DNA of 64,000 nucleotides from NCBI RefSeq assembly GCF_054482525.1, contig NZ_CM137006.1; one strand, 5' to 3'. Shown piece by piece: positions 11,799 to 23,361 of this stretch (position 1 is its first letter; each line of letters starts with the position of its first letter). The notes under the pieces were generated by a model. It saw only the letters and a program-made list of their open reading frames with translations, ran no database searches and was not told where the DNA came from. The position numbers and the translations under genes were made by a program.

Positions 11799-13466
11799 TT
11801 ATTGCAAACGTTCTAATAAACGAGCCAGTTTTTTATTGCCGCCGGCGACTGGCGACCATTGGTAATGCACAACCGGTTTGCTGGCGCTTTGTAGCTCCAG
11901 CGCAAAGCTGCGTAATCCGATGTTAATCACGGCGACGTTTTCCAGTAATGACGGTGTGTGTTGCTGAGTGGCAGGCGAAAGCGGATGAATCAGCGCCGCT
12001 GCCAGCAATGTGGCTTCCGGCAGCGAACTCACTACCGCGATCCCCGCATCTTCCAGCGTGGCGATTTGTTGCGAGCGGCATTGCGGGTCACGTTCGGTGC
12101 CTGTCACCGTGGCAATGGCGTACAGCGGTTGGCTGTCTGAACGCGCGGCACAGGCTTTTTGCCAGGCGCTCACCAGCGAGGCGGCAGGATCGGCGGTCGC
12201 GCCGAAGCCAATCACGACATCAAGTAGCAATACGCGCACTGACGGTTTAGCGCCGAGATCGGCAATTAACTGGTTGCGTAAGGTTGGGTCGATCATCGGA
12301 TGGGGACGCCCGACGGTGTAGAAATCATCGCCGAGGTCAATGATCTGGTGACCATCGGCGTCGAGCATCATACCGTGATGATGGGTATCGTCGGCTACCA
12401 TACCAAGGTGCCCGGCAAGTAATCCCGCCGCTTCGGCGGCCAGCGTACCGCCGGTATACAAGCCGCAAATAAGTCCGCTGCTGACAGGTGCTATTGCGTT
12501 ACGTCGCGCCGTAATGCGTGAAAGCAGGCAAGACAGGCGAGCGGCCTCATCCAGCGAGGAGGCAAACCAGACATTCTCGTCGCGGGCCACCGCCGGGGTA
12601 TAACCTAAAAACAGCGCCACCGTCGGTTTGCCGGTTGCTTTCATGGCATTAACAATTTTCAGACGCACAGCTTCGGCAGGTGGTTTTGAAACAAATGCCA
12701 GCACCTCGCTTTTCGCATCGGCGCTTAACATTTCCAGCGCCGTTAGCGCACTGATGCCGCCCACTTCACGGCTGAGATCGCGCCCGCCAAGACCAATCGC
12801 GTGGGTAATTCCCTCCCCTGCCAGCGCAATCTGTGAGCACAGCTCCTGAATCCCGGTACCGGAAGCGCCAATGACGCCAATGTTGCCTTCCGGCATCACG
12901 TTAGCAAAAGCCAGCGGCGTGGCGGCAATCATTGACGTACCGCAGTCCGGCCCCATCACCAGCAAGCCTTTATCGCGTGCGCGGGTTTTGAGTTGGATTT
13001 CATCTTCCAGCGTGACGTTATCGGAGAACATCATCACGTTGAGGTTGCGATCCAGCGCCTGATTCGCCAGCTCCGCCGCATATTCGCCAGCCACTGAAAT
13101 CAGCGCCAGACTGGCGTCGGGTAATTTCTGACAGGCACTGTCCCAGCGACGCACCTGCGTCAACGCCTGGCTGCTGGCTGACCCCTGCGCCAGTTGTTTT
13201 AGCGCCTCTTCAAGCTGCTGCATAATCGCCTGCGCGATCCCCGCATCCGCCGCTTCGCTACGAATTGCCACGCAAATATCGTTCGGCGTGGCGTTATTAA
13301 AATCGTCATGCCAGAAACCTGTGGTATCTAATAACGCTTTATTGGCGGGCGTACCCATCATTACGGAAACATCATCAACATTTTCTGATTCGCTGAGTTT
13401 TCGTGAAATAATCATTAAACTGACCGAATCCTGAAAACACCCTTTTTTAATAAAGGCGTGGATCAT
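11799..13466 (-). CDS. fdrA: FdrA, acyl-CoA synthetase (NDP-forming)-like protein
   Basis: 555-aa ORF MIHAFIKKGCFQDSVSLMIISRKL...; CoA-binding/succinyl-CoA-synthetase-like; synteny. Confidence 0.9.
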   Translation of the reverse strand: MIHAFIKKGCFQDSVSLMIISRKLSESENVDDVSVMMGTPANKALLDTTGFWHDDFNNATPNDICVAIRSEAADAGIAQAIMQQLEEALKQLAQGSASSQALTQVRRWDSACQKLPDASLALISVAGEYAAELANQALDRNLNVMMFSDNVTLEDEIQLKTRARDKGLLVMGPDCGTSMIAATPLAFANVMPEGNIGVIGASGTGIQELCSQIALAGEGITHAIGLGGRDLSREVGGISALTALEMLSADAKSEVLAFVSKPPAEAVRLKIVNAMKATGKPTVALFLGYTPAVARDENVWFASSLDEAARLSCLLSRITARRNAIAPVSSGLICGLYTGGTLAAEAAGLLAGHLGMVADDTHHHGMMLDADGHQIIDLGDDFYTVGRPHPMIDPTLRNQLIADLGAKPSVRVLLLDVVIGFGATADPAASLVSAWQKACAARSDSQPLYAIATVTGTERDPQCRSQQIATLEDAGIAVVSSLPEATLLAAALIHPLSPATQQHTPSLLENVAVINIGLRSFALELQSASKPVVHYQWSPVAGGNKKLARLLERLQ

Positions 13467-13782
13467 AACAACTCCTTAAAAATTGCACCCATGGCAATTG
13501 CACGAGCAGTGTTAATGTGGCAATTACGGTATCGATGGTCGGTGACAAATAAGGTGATGAATATCACACAGAGATTATTAACAAAAGAATTCAAATAACC
13601 GCCACGCTATTACGTGTTATTTTTTAATAAGCGTGGTTGTTTTAAAAACCAGGTTAAAAGCGAGCGGATTATCAAATAAATTCTAACTATATTTTTTTGC
13701 CTGTCTGGATCACATAATCCAGATATTTTCCCTGTATGTTAATTGCAGTCATGCTTCACACCGTCGTTAAAAAGGAAGACAG

Positions 13783-14832
13783 ATGAAAATCAGTCGGGAA
13801 ACACTCCACCAGCTAATCGAGAATAAACTCTGCCAGGCTGGGTTAAAACGTGAGCACGCTGCAACCGTGGCTGAAGTATTGGTTTACGCCGATGCCAGAG
13901 GGATCCACTCTCATGGCGCGGTGCGTGTTGAATACTACGCAGAACGCATTTCAAAAGGCGGCACCAACCGTGAACCGGAATTTCGTCTTGAAGAAACCGG
14001 GCCGTGTTCGGCAATTTTACATGCCGACAATGCCGCCGGACAGGTCGCGGCGAAAATGGGTATGGAACATGCCATCAAAACCGCCCAGCAAAATGGCGTT
14101 GCGGTGGTCGGTATCAGCCGGATGGGTCACAGCGGCGCAATCTCTTATTTTGTACAGCAGGCAGCTCGCGCCGGGTTAATTGGCATTTCGATGTGCCAGT
14201 CCGATCCAATGGTGGTGCCGTTTGGCGGCGCGGAAATTTACTACGGAACTAACCCACTGGCCTTTGCCGCGCCGGGAGAAGGCGACGAGATCCTTACCTT
14301 TGATATGGCGACTACCGTACAGGCATGGGGAAAAGTGCTCGACGCCCGCTCGCGTAATATGTCTATCTCGGATACCTGGGCGGTCGATAAAAACGGAGCA
14401 CCAACAACCGATCCATTTGCAGTTAACGCCCTGCTCCCTGCCGCCGGACCGAAAGGGTATGGCCTGATGATGATGATTGACGTCCTCTCAGGCGTCTTAC
14501 TCGGCTTACCGTTCGGGCGACAGGTTAGTTCGATGTATGACGATTTACACGCCGGGCGTAATTTGGGGCAATTACATATCGTTATTAACCCGAACTTTTT
14601 CTCCTCCAGCGAACTATTCCGTCAACATCTTAGCCAGACCATGCGCGAATTAAATGCCATAACCCCCGCGCCCGGTTTTAACCAGGTTTATTATCCCGGA
14701 CAGGATCAGGATATTAAACAACGCAAAGCCGCCGTCGAAGGCATCGAAATTGTTGATGATATTTACCAGTATTTAATTTCCGACGCGCTTTATAACACGT
14801 CATACGAAACGAAAAATCCCTTTGCGCAATAA
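13783..14832 (+). CDS. allD: ureidoglycolate dehydrogenase
   Basis: 349-aa ORF MKISRETLHQLIENKLCQAGL...; Ldh_2 family; first gene of allDCE. Confidence 0.9.
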   Translation: MKISRETLHQLIENKLCQAGLKREHAATVAEVLVYADARGIHSHGAVRVEYYAERISKGGTNREPEFRLEETGPCSAILHADNAAGQVAAKMGMEHAIKTAQQNGVAVVGISRMGHSGAISYFVQQAARAGLIGISMCQSDPMVVPFGGAEIYYGTNPLAFAAPGEGDEILTFDMATTVQAWGKVLDARSRNMSISDTWAVDKNGAPTTDPFAVNALLPAAGPKGYGLMMMIDVLSGVLLGLPFGRQVSSMYDDLHAGRNLGQLHIVINPNFFSSSELFRQHLSQTMRELNAITPAPGFNQVYYPGQDQDIKQRKAAVEGIEIVDDIYQYLISDALYNTSYETKNPFAQ

Positions 14833-15091
14833 TTATTGAGACAGGACTTTCTTATGATTACACATTTTCGTCAAGCCATAGAAGAAACGCTGCCCTGGCT
14901 TTCCTCTTTTGGCGCTGACCCAACGGGTGGGATGACCCGTTTACTTTATTCGCCGGAATGGCTGGAAACTCAGCAGCAATTTAAAAAAAGAATGGCAGCA
15001 AGCGGGCTGGAAACACGTTTCGATGAAGTGGGGAATTTATATGGTCGCCTGAGTGGCACCGAATATCCACAAGAAGTGGTTCTGAGCGGTT

Positions 15092-15100
15092 CGCATATCG
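15092..15100. repeat. 9-bp target-site duplication (left copy) CGCATATCG
   Basis: Identical 9-mer directly flanks both ends of the IS1. Confidence 0.9.
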
Positions 15101-15155
15101 GGTGATGCTGCCAACTTACTGATTTAGTGTATGATGGTGTTTTTGAGGTGCTCCA

Positions 15156-15431
15156 GTGGCTTCTGTTTCTATCAGCTGTCCCTCCTGTTCAGCTACTGAC
15201 GGGGTGGTGCGTAACGGCAAAAGCACCGCCGGACATCAGCGCTATCTCTGCTCTCACTGCCGTAAAACATGGCAACTGCAGTTCACTTACACCGCTTCTC
15301 AACCCGGTACGCACCAGAAAATCATTGATATGGCCATGAATGGCGTTGGATGCCGGGCAACTGCCCGCATTATGGGCGTTGGCCTCAACACGATTTTACG
15401 TCACTTAAAAAACTCAGGCCGCAGTCGGTAA
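15156..15431 (+). CDS. insA: IS1 InsA
   Basis: 91-aa [46 protein letters not shown]... (zinc-finger plus HTH), recognised IS1 InsA. Confidence 0.9.
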
Positions 15432-15853
15432 CCTCGCGCATACAGCCGGGCAGTGACGTCATCGTCTGCGCGGAAATGGACGAACAGTGGGGCTATGTCG
15501 GGGCTAAATCGCGCCAGCGCTGGCTGTTTTACGCGTATGACAGTCTCCGGAAGACGGTTGTTGCGCACGTATTCGGTGAACGCACTATGGCGACGCTGGG
15601 GCGTCTTATGAGCCTGCTGTCACCCTTTGACGTGGTGATATGGATGACGGATGGCTGGCCGCTGTATGAATCCCGCCTGAAGGGAAAGCTGCACGTAATC
15701 AGCAAGCGATATACGCAGCGAATTGAGCGGCATAACCTGAATCTGAGGCAGCACCTGGCACGGCTGGGACGGAAGTCGCTGTCGTTCTCAAAATCGGTGG
15801 AGCTGCATGACAAAGTCATCGGGCATTATCTGAACATAAAACACTATCAATAA
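15350..15853 (+). CDS. insB: IS1 InsB (transposase C-terminal frame, expressed as InsAB' by frameshift)
   Basis: 167-aa ORF overlapping insA in -1 frame; recognised IS1 InsB sequence. Confidence 0.9.
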
Positions 15854-15868
15854 GTTGGAGTCATTACC

Positions 15869-15877
15869 CGCATATCG
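15869..15877. repeat. 9-bp target-site duplication (right copy) CGCATATCG
   Basis: See left copy. Confidence 0.9.
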
Positions 15878-16876
15878 ATACCGTGGTTAACGGCGGTAAC
15901 CTCGACGGGCAATTCGGCGCGCTGGCGGCGTGGCTGGCAATTGACTGGTTGAAAACGCAATACGGCGCGCCGTTACGTACGGTCGAAGTGGTGGCGATGG
16001 CAGAAGAAGAAGGCAGCCGCTTCCCGTATGTCTTCTGGGGCAGTAAAAATATCTTTGGGCTGGCGAATCCTGACGACGTGCGGAATATCTGTGATGCCAA
16101 AGGAAATAGTTTTGTCGATGCGATGAAGGCTTGCGGATTTACTCTGCCGAACGCCCCACTAACTCCGCGTCAGGATATTAAAGCCTTTGTCGAACTGCAT
16201 ATCGAACAGGGCTGTGTGCTGGAAAGTAATGGGCAGTCAATTGGCGTGGTGAATGCAATTGTCGGGCAGCGTCGTTATACGGTGACGCTGAATGGCGAAT
16301 CAAACCATGCAGGCACCACGCCGATGGGTTATCGTCGTGATACGGTTTACGCTTTCAGTCGCATTTGCCATCAGTCGATCGAAAAAGCGAAAAAGATGGG
16401 CGACCCGCTGGTGCTGACCTTTGGCAAGGTGGAGCCGCGCCCGAATACGGTGAATGTGGTACCGGGTAAAACCACGTTCACCATTGATTGTCGTCATACC
16501 AACGCTGCCGTGCTGCGCGATTTCACCCAGCAGTTAGAAAACGACATGCGGGCGATTTGCGATGAAATGGACATTGGTATTGATATCGATTTATGGATGG
16601 ACGAAGAACCCGTGCCGATGAATAAGGACCTGGTCGCCACCCTGACAGAATTGTGTGAAAGAGAAAAACTGAATTACCGGGTGATGCACAGTGGTGCCGG
16701 GCACGACGCGCAAATTTTCGCGCCTCGCGTACCAACCTGCATGATTTTTATCCCCAGCATCAACGGGATCAGCCATAACCCGGCGGAACGCACCAATATT
16801 ACCGACCTTGCCGAAGGGGTCAAAACGTTGGCACTCATGCTTTATCAACTTGCCTGGCAGAAATAAGGAGTCATAA

Positions 16877-17662
16877 ATGGGATATTTAAATAACGTCACC
16901 GGTTACCGCGATGATTTACTGGCTAACCGTGCGATTGTTAAACACGGTAATTTCGCACTGTTAACCCCGGATGGTCTGGTAAAAAATATTATTCCGGGCT
17001 TTGAAAATTGTGACGCGACAATCCTCTCCACGCCAAAGCTGGGGGCCTCTTTTGTTGATTATCTGGTCACACTGCATCAAAACGGTGGCAACCAACAGGG
17101 CTTCGGTGGCGAAGGCATTGAAACGTTCCTGTATGTGATCTCTGGAAATATCACTGCCAAAGCCGAAGGCAAAACATTTGCCTTAAGCGAAGGTGGCTAT
17201 CTTTATTGCCCACCAGGCTCCTTAATGACGTTTGTTAACGCCCAGGCCGAAGACAGCCAAATCTTTTTATATAAGCGCCGCTATGTTCCGGTAGAAGGCC
17301 ATGCACCGTGGCTGGTTTCTGGCAATGCCAGCGAACTGGAACGCATTCACTATGAAGGTATGGATGATGTGATCCTGCTGGATTTTCTGCCCAAAGAGTT
17401 AGGTTTTGATATGAACATGCATATCCTCTCTTTTGCACCAGGTGCCAGCCACGGTTATATCGAAACACACGTCCAGGAACACGGTGCCTATATTCTTTCC
17501 GGTCAGGGGGTTTATAACCTCGACAATAACTGGATCCCGGTGAAAAAAGGCGATTACATCTTTATGGGCGCTTATTCTTTACAGGCTGGTTATGGCGTAG
17601 GGCGTGGTGAAGCGTTCAGCTATATTTACTCGAAAGATTGCAACCGCGACGTAGAGATTTAA
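16877..17662 (+). CDS. allE: (S)-ureidoglycine aminohydrolase (cupin)
   Basis: 261-aa ORF MGYLNNVTGYRDDLLANRAIVKHGNF...; last gene of allDCE (ylbA). Confidence 0.9.
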   Translation: MGYLNNVTGYRDDLLANRAIVKHGNFALLTPDGLVKNIIPGFENCDATILSTPKLGASFVDYLVTLHQNGGNQQGFGGEGIETFLYVISGNITAKAEGKTFALSEGGYLYCPPGSLMTFVNAQAEDSQIFLYKRRYVPVEGHAPWLVSGNASELERIHYEGMDDVILLDFLPKELGFDMNMHILSFAPGASHGYIETHVQEHGAYILSGQGVYNLDNNWIPVKKGDYIFMGAYSLQAGYGVGRGEAFSYIYSKDCNRDVEI

Positions 17663-17703
17663 GTCATACCACTCGCCTGATTATTTTTAGCTATGTTGGA
17701 TTT

Positions 17704-17731
17704 TGCCACGGTTTATACCGTGGCTTTTTTT
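17704..17731 (+). terminator. rho-independent terminator after allE
   Basis: gccacggtttataccgtggc hairpin followed by ttttttt. Confidence 0.65.
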
Positions 17732-17791
17732 GCGGTAAATTCAGGTAAAAAACGGATGCGGGATAAAATGCATCCACTCTAATGGCAAGAG

Positions 17792-18937
17792 TCAGTTTTT
17801 AATTCCCTGACCTATTTTAATGGCGCAGGCAATATTTCGTGCGCTGTTGAAGAGATTGGTTTCACCGCTGGCGAGCACTTCGGCTAAAGGTGCCAGACGT
17901 GGCAAAATGCTGAACACCGCATCAATGCCGTACTGGTGCACCACTTCCACGCCATCACCCAATACGCCAGCAATCCCAATCACCGGGACATTAAACTGCT
18001 TCGCCACCGACGCCACGCCCAGCGGCGCTTTACCGCCTGCCGTTTGCGAGTCGATGCGCCCTTCCCCGGTGATCACCAGTGCTGCGCCCTGCACTGCCTG
18101 CGCAAGATTGACCGCATTCAACACAATCTCAATACCCGGTTTAATATCCGCATTGAGAAATACCGCCGCCGCAATACCCATCCCGCCCGCCGCGCCGCCG
18201 CCCGCCATCTGGCAGACATTAATTTCAGTTTGCTGTTGTAAAACACGGGCGTAATTTTGCAGCCCCTGTTCCAGCTCTTCGACCATTTCCGGCGTTGCCC
18301 CTTTTTGCGGGCCAAACACCGCCGCCGCGCCGCGTGCCCCTACCAGCGGGTTATCAACGTCACATGCTACTTCAATATGGCAGTTCGCCAGACGCGGATC
18401 GCATTCCTCCATCTCAATGCTTGCCACGCGCGCTAAATTGCCGCCGTTAGCCGCCAGCACCTGGCCGTCGGCATCGAGAAAACGCACACCAAGCGCCTGC
18501 GCCATGCCCATACCGCCGTCGACCGTCGCACTGCCGCCAATGCCGAGAATAATATGGCGAATGTCGTTATCCAGCGCATGCCGAATTAACTCCCCCGTAC
18601 CAAAACTGGAGGCCAGCAACGGATTACGCTTTTCAGGCGCGACCAGCATCAGGCCACTTGCTGCCGCCATCTCAATCACCGCTGTTTTCCCGTCGCCGGT
18701 AAGGCCATAAAAAGCATTCACTTTTTCGCCCATCGGCCCGCAGACTTCAAGCGTCACGATGTTACCACCCGTCGCGGCGACCATCGCATCCACCGTCCCT
18801 TCGCCGCCATCCGCTATCGGCAAACAGATATAGTTCGCATCGGGAAAGAGGGTCGAAAACCCGGCTTTAATTGCCTGACAACATTTTTCTGCACTTAAGC
18901 TCTCTTTAAAAGAGTCTGGCGCAATGACAATCTTCAT
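17792..18937 (-). CDS. glxK: glycerate 2-kinase
   Basis: ORF 17792-18943; probable start [16 protein letters not shown]; glycerate kinase family sequence. Confidence 0.9.
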   Translation of the reverse strand: MKIVIAPDSFKESLSAEKCCQAIKAGFSTLFPDANYICLPIADGGEGTVDAMVAATGGNIVTLEVCGPMGEKVNAFYGLTGDGKTAVIEMAAASGLMLVAPEKRNPLLASSFGTGELIRHALDNDIRHIILGIGGSATVDGGMGMAQALGVRFLDADGQVLAANGGNLARVASIEMEECDPRLANCHIEVACDVDNPLVGARGAAAVFGPQKGATPEMVEELEQGLQNYARVLQQQTEINVCQMAGGGAAGGMGIAAAVFLNADIKPGIEIVLNAVNLAQAVQGAALVITGEGRIDSQTAGGKAPLGVASVAKQFNVPVIGIAGVLGDGVEVVHQYGIDAVFSILPRLAPLAEVLASGETNLFNSARNIACAIKIGQGIKN

Positions 18938-18958
18938 TATCAATCCTTTTTCAACAAA

Positions 18959-20266
18959 TTATTCGATGCGTTCCCACGGAATAAGGTTATCCATAAGAAC
19001 AGCCAGTAAAATCCCGACCAATAAGCCGTTACTGAGCAGAGGACGAAGCGTTAATGGAAGGTCTTGCAGATACACAGGCGGTAATGCCATTAAAAATATG
19101 CCGACAAATAACGGCAATGCGAGTCGATAAATATTGCGAGCGGTAAACGTTATTTGCTGGCTAAACACCAGCGCCGAAAAGAGTAAAGGCAGATAAGAAA
19201 CCAGCATAACCGCGCTACTCACGGGTAAAGGGATACTGCAAAACAGTCGTGTGAGTGCCGGAACCAGTGCCACCAGCAGGCAAATAACGCTGCCATAAAT
19301 AAACGAACGCCGCGTGTAATCGCCAGTCTGGGTTAATAAACCAATGGATGAAACAAACGGTGAAAATGGAATTACCGCCAGCGGTACGGTTATCAGCGTC
19401 ATAAATCCGGTCGCCACAAAGCTACGACGATAACGCGTATTCCCCGCGCCCTGCTGCGGATAAAAAACATCCGTGCCCCGAATCGCACCGTAGGTATTGC
19501 TGATATTTACCAGACCTGTAATCACCGCCGTCAGAATAATCCCCGGCGACAAAGCACCGCCACTGCCGAGCGGGAACCACTGCCAGTGCAACTCACCGGA
19601 GAGCGAATGCGAAGAAGGAAAGCAAAAGTACCACAACAACCAGCCGGTTATGGTACCGACCAGCAGGCCATAACGGGCAAAACGTTGCGGCAGAAAGATA
19701 ATCATCGCCAGTACCAGGCACATCACCGCGACCGAGAGCGCGAACGGCGGTAACTGAATTTTAAAATTCGGGTCGGCTATGCCAAACGGCAGCCCGAGCA
19801 TACCTTTGAAAAAGATAGTGGTCAGCTGCGCGCCCAGCATCAACATAAACAAGACCATCACCGACGGCGTAAATAACCGTGCCAGACGATGACCTAATCC
19901 GCTAAAACCAATCAACATCGTCAACACGCCAGAGAGCGCAATTCCCACCGCCAGGCTGGTAGCGATATCGTTGATCGGTGTCCCGCGCGATGCTTCGCCA
20001 AGGGTGATAGTAAGGATGGTTCCCCACCACAGGCCGCCTGGCCCTTCCATAATAGCGCGACGATGACCGCAGAACGCCTGAGCGAAGCAGGCCAGTGCGG
20101 TAGCAAGAAAAGCATATTGCGTGAGCGTAAGCAGGCTACTTTGCGGCAACTGAAAAGCAGAAAGTAGCGTAGGAGGAACCACAACAGTGTTGCAAAAAAT
20201 AAAGAAAAACCACTGAAATCCTGATAACAGGCTTTCGCGGCTGACTGCAAAATTGAACATAAACAC
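18959..20266 (-). CDS. ybbY: putative purine/xanthine-family permease
   Basis: 435-aa polytopic membrane ORF; synteny between allB and glxK. Confidence 0.85.
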   Translation of the reverse strand: MFMFNFAVSRESLLSGFQWFFFIFCNTVVVPPTLLSAFQLPQSSLLTLTQYAFLATALACFAQAFCGHRRAIMEGPGGLWWGTILTITLGEASRGTPINDIATSLAVGIALSGVLTMLIGFSGLGHRLARLFTPSVMVLFMLMLGAQLTTIFFKGMLGLPFGIADPNFKIQLPPFALSVAVMCLVLAMIIFLPQRFARYGLLVGTITGWLLWYFCFPSSHSLSGELHWQWFPLGSGGALSPGIILTAVITGLVNISNTYGAIRGTDVFYPQQGAGNTRYRRSFVATGFMTLITVPLAVIPFSPFVSSIGLLTQTGDYTRRSFIYGSVICLLVALVPALTRLFCSIPLPVSSAVMLVSYLPLLFSALVFSQQITFTARNIYRLALPLFVGIFLMALPPVYLQDLPLTLRPLLSNGLLVGILLAVLMDNLIPWERIE

Positions 20267-20316
20267 ACCTTAACCGGAGAATGCCCGCCGCAAGGACGGG
20301 CATTGCAGGGGCCAGA

Positions 20317-21678
20317 TTACTGCTGATGTTTAAGGATAAATTGACCTTTCGGCGCAACAGGGAAGCCCTGTTCAATGTCGTAAATCACATCACCACGTAA
20401 GATGGTTTTCGTGATACGCGCGCCAATGGTACGGCCAACATACGGGCTGACTTTGTGGCGATATTCCAGATCGTCATTGGTAAGAACATAGCTGCTATTC
20501 GGCTGAATGAAGACGAAGTCGGCATCTTTTCCTGGGGCGATACGGCCTTTTTGCTGCAGACCGAAAATATCTGCTGCGTTAGTCGCCATTAATTTGCCGA
20601 ACATTGGCAGAGACATTCCGCGTTTCTGTACCGCTTCATCGAACATCACGTCCATACAGTTTTGCAGACCGGCAATACCGCCCCATGCTTCCATGATGTT
20701 GCCGGCTTTCATTTCCGGAGGGCATGGTGAGTGGTCGGAAACCAGGCAGTCGATTTCACCGTTAAATAGTTTTTCCCACATGCCTTTCTGGTTTTCCAGA
20801 TCGCGGATCGGCGGTGAACACTTCGCCAGAGTACCGATTTCTTCGAACTGATCGGTATCCAGTACAAAGTAATGCGGGCAGGATTCACAGGTAACATCCT
20901 GGCCTTCCTGACGTGCACGAGTCACTTCCTCAACACCTTCCGGGCTGCTGATATGGCAAACGTGCAGACGGCAACCAGCAACTTTCGCCAGGTACAGCAC
21001 GCGGCGAATCGCTTCCACTTCGGTAAATACCGGACGCGAAGCCACATAGTCATGTGCGGTTACGCGACCTTCACTTTTCGCTTCTTCGCCCAGTGCATCA
21101 CAGATCAGCGCGTTTTCGCAGTGAACCAGCACCGGCTGCCCCAGTTCGCCCAGCTTCTGCGCACCTTTGAAGAACTGCCAGTCGTTTACATCACGGAAGT
21201 CGTTGTCGATACCGCGATCGCCACAGGTCGCAACGAAGCATTTGAAGCCGACAACGCCCACTTCATCCAGCTCATGCAGACGGTCGATGTTGTAAGACAC
21301 CAGGCCACCGAGTTGTGCCGCATCGATAGTCAGCTTGCCTTTGGCGGCATCAAACTTCAGTTCAATCGATGCGCGGTCAACCGTTGCAGGCAGCTGGTTG
21401 AGCGGCATTTCGATCATGGTGGTGATACCGCCTTTTGCCGCTGCGCGAGTGCCAGTTTCATAACCTTCCCAGTGGCTACGACCCGGTTCAGAAATATGGG
21501 TGTGCGCATCAACCATGCCCGGCGAAACCACCAGACCAGACGCATCCATCACTTCTTTTGCATCACCCAGATCCTGACCGATAGCAGCAATTTTCCCGCC
21601 TTTAACGGCGATATCTACAACGCGAGCTTCGTTTTCTAAAATAACGGTGCCGTTTTTAATGATTAAATCAAAAGACAT
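20317..21678 (-). CDS. allB: allantoinase
   Basis: 453-aa [31 protein letters not shown]...; cyclic amidohydrolase metal-binding motifs (DAHTH). Confidence 0.95.
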   Translation of the reverse strand: MSFDLIIKNGTVILENEARVVDIAVKGGKIAAIGQDLGDAKEVMDASGLVVSPGMVDAHTHISEPGRSHWEGYETGTRAAAKGGITTMIEMPLNQLPATVDRASIELKFDAAKGKLTIDAAQLGGLVSYNIDRLHELDEVGVVGFKCFVATCGDRGIDNDFRDVNDWQFFKGAQKLGELGQPVLVHCENALICDALGEEAKSEGRVTAHDYVASRPVFTEVEAIRRVLYLAKVAGCRLHVCHISSPEGVEEVTRARQEGQDVTCESCPHYFVLDTDQFEEIGTLAKCSPPIRDLENQKGMWEKLFNGEIDCLVSDHSPCPPEMKAGNIMEAWGGIAGLQNCMDVMFDEAVQKRGMSLPMFGKLMATNAADIFGLQQKGRIAPGKDADFVFIQPNSSYVLTNDDLEYRHKVSPYVGRTIGARITKTILRGDVIYDIEQGFPVAPKGQFILKHQQ

Positions 21679-21737
21679 AACAAACTCCTTGTAAAATACA
21701 GATTGGTTTTTAACTCAATGTTCAATATCGGGATTAA

Positions 21738-23192
21738 TTAACCTATGGTTTTTTGCTCTCCTGTTTTTTCTGCTGTTGTACGTTTCTTTAATAAGGCGTA
21801 GGCCGCAAAGGCGACGATGACGCCGACAAACCATGAAACACGAGATAACGGTTCCATAAAGGGAATAAACTTACCGCCAAGAGATAAAATAACGGCCACC
21901 AGAGTTACTGAAAACGCAGTGAGGTTAAAACCGTTATCGTAATATTTATAATCGCCAGGTGCGGTGTACAGTTCATCAAGATTAATTTGCCCACGCATCA
22001 CCACAAAATAATGCGCCATCATGACACCAATTACCGGACCCAGCATCCCGCCGATAATATCGAGGAACAGATAAATACTGTCCTGATTTTCCATTAATTT
22101 CCACGGGCAGATCACCAGGCTGATAATACTGGCAATCAGTACGCCGTTTTTATAGGTCAGTTTCGTCGGTGCAATAGCGGCAATCTGATAACCGGCCGGA
22201 ATAATATTACCGGTGGCGTTAGTGGAAATGGTCGTCATCAGAATAACCAGTACCGCAAAGAACGAGGCAAACAGGCTGTCCCAACGCTGAACAATATCCA
22301 GCACGTTCCAGGTGTCAGCGCCGTAATGAATACTGGCTCCGGCAATAATACATACCCCCGCGACCGCAAACAGAATATAGGCCACAACTAAACCCAGCGT
22401 TTGCCCCAGCGCTTGCTCACGAAACGAGTGGGCGTTTTGCGTAAAGTCGGATGCGCTCACCGCCGGTGCCGCCCAGACCGCAACTACCGCGTTAATCACC
22501 ACCAGGAACAGGAAGCCACTGTTTTCTGCTTTCTGAATACCGCTCGGAATGTAGTCAAAGATTGGACCAAGCCCGACCAGCGAAATCGCCCAAATCGCCA
22601 TACCGCCGAAAACGATATAGATGCACGGGTTAAGAATGGCGGTGAATTTATTTAAAACTTTGCCACCGCCGAAACCGATTCCGACGTTCACCAGCCAGAA
22701 GAGTAAGAAAGTGATTAAGCCCGGTAGAGAAAGCCCTAACAGGGTAAAATCACCACCGAGAGTTAAAAATCCCGGCCAGATTTTGCCAATCAGGATCAAG
22801 CAGGCCAGCGATCCAGCGTAACATTGCAGGCCAAACCACATAATGGCAGCAATCCCGCCTCTTAATAATCCGGGAAACAGTGCACCACGTACGCCGTAAG
22901 AAGCACGCAGGATCATGGCAAAAGGCACACCGTATTTACTGCCCGCAGCACCGTTTAATACCATTACCGCGGCAATGAAAAAGGCGCTGAGGATAATTGC
23001 CAGCATAATACTAAAGGTAGACAAGCCGAGAATAAAAAAGCCGCCGACCATCACATAATTGGGAACGTTATGAACCGAACCCATCCATAAGGTAAAATAG
23101 TTAAATGTTTTCCAGGTCCGCTGGCTTTGCGTTTTCGGCAATAGATCTTCGCTATAGCCGCGTTGCTGGAATAGTTTTCTCTGATGTTCCAT
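21738..23192 (-). CDS. ybbW: allantoin permease (NCS1 family)
   Basis: 484-aa 12-TM-like ORF; synteny upstream of allB. Confidence 0.9.
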   Translation of the reverse strand: MEHQRKLFQQRGYSEDLLPKTQSQRTWKTFNYFTLWMGSVHNVPNYVMVGGFFILGLSTFSIMLAIILSAFFIAAVMVLNGAAGSKYGVPFAMILRASYGVRGALFPGLLRGGIAAIMWFGLQCYAGSLACLILIGKIWPGFLTLGGDFTLLGLSLPGLITFLLFWLVNVGIGFGGGKVLNKFTAILNPCIYIVFGGMAIWAISLVGLGPIFDYIPSGIQKAENSGFLFLVVINAVVAVWAAPAVSASDFTQNAHSFREQALGQTLGLVVAYILFAVAGVCIIAGASIHYGADTWNVLDIVQRWDSLFASFFAVLVILMTTISTNATGNIIPAGYQIAAIAPTKLTYKNGVLIASIISLVICPWKLMENQDSIYLFLDIIGGMLGPVIGVMMAHYFVVMRGQINLDELYTAPGDYKYYDNGFNLTAFSVTLVAVILSLGGKFIPFMEPLSRVSWFVGVIVAFAAYALLKKRTTAEKTGEQKTIG

Positions 23193-23361
23193 AAATCCCT
23201 CTTAATTTCACGTATCGAATAACGTCTTTTTAATCTAGCTATGAGGAACAAATAAAATAAAAATATTATTTTTAATACTGAAGCAACATCTTTGGCTGCT
23301 TTCTTTTTTTAATATTGCTGGCCGATTCATTTTCTGATATCGGCCATTTTTATTGCGGGTA

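Larger units (their letters stand above)
15101..15868 (+). mobile_element. IS1 insertion sequence, complete (768 bp)
   Basis: Starts ggtgatgctgccaacttactgatttagtg, ends cactatcaataagttggagtcattacc (terminal inverted repeats); carries insA and insB in the usual arrangement; flanked by 9-bp direct repeat. Confidence 0.95.
14836..16866 (+). pseudogene. allC: allantoate amidohydrolase gene interrupted by IS1
   Basis: N-terminal 89-codon fragment (14836-15105, ...VVLSGSHI) and C-terminal fragment (15883-16866, M20 peptidase-like) are in one frame once IS1 (15101-15868) and one TSD copy are removed: ...SGSHI|DTVVNGGNLDG. Confidence 0.85.

Noticed and set aside
20872-21639. 255-aa plus-strand ORF antisense to allB
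   Set aside because: Completely inside allB on the opposite strand; allB identity is strong.
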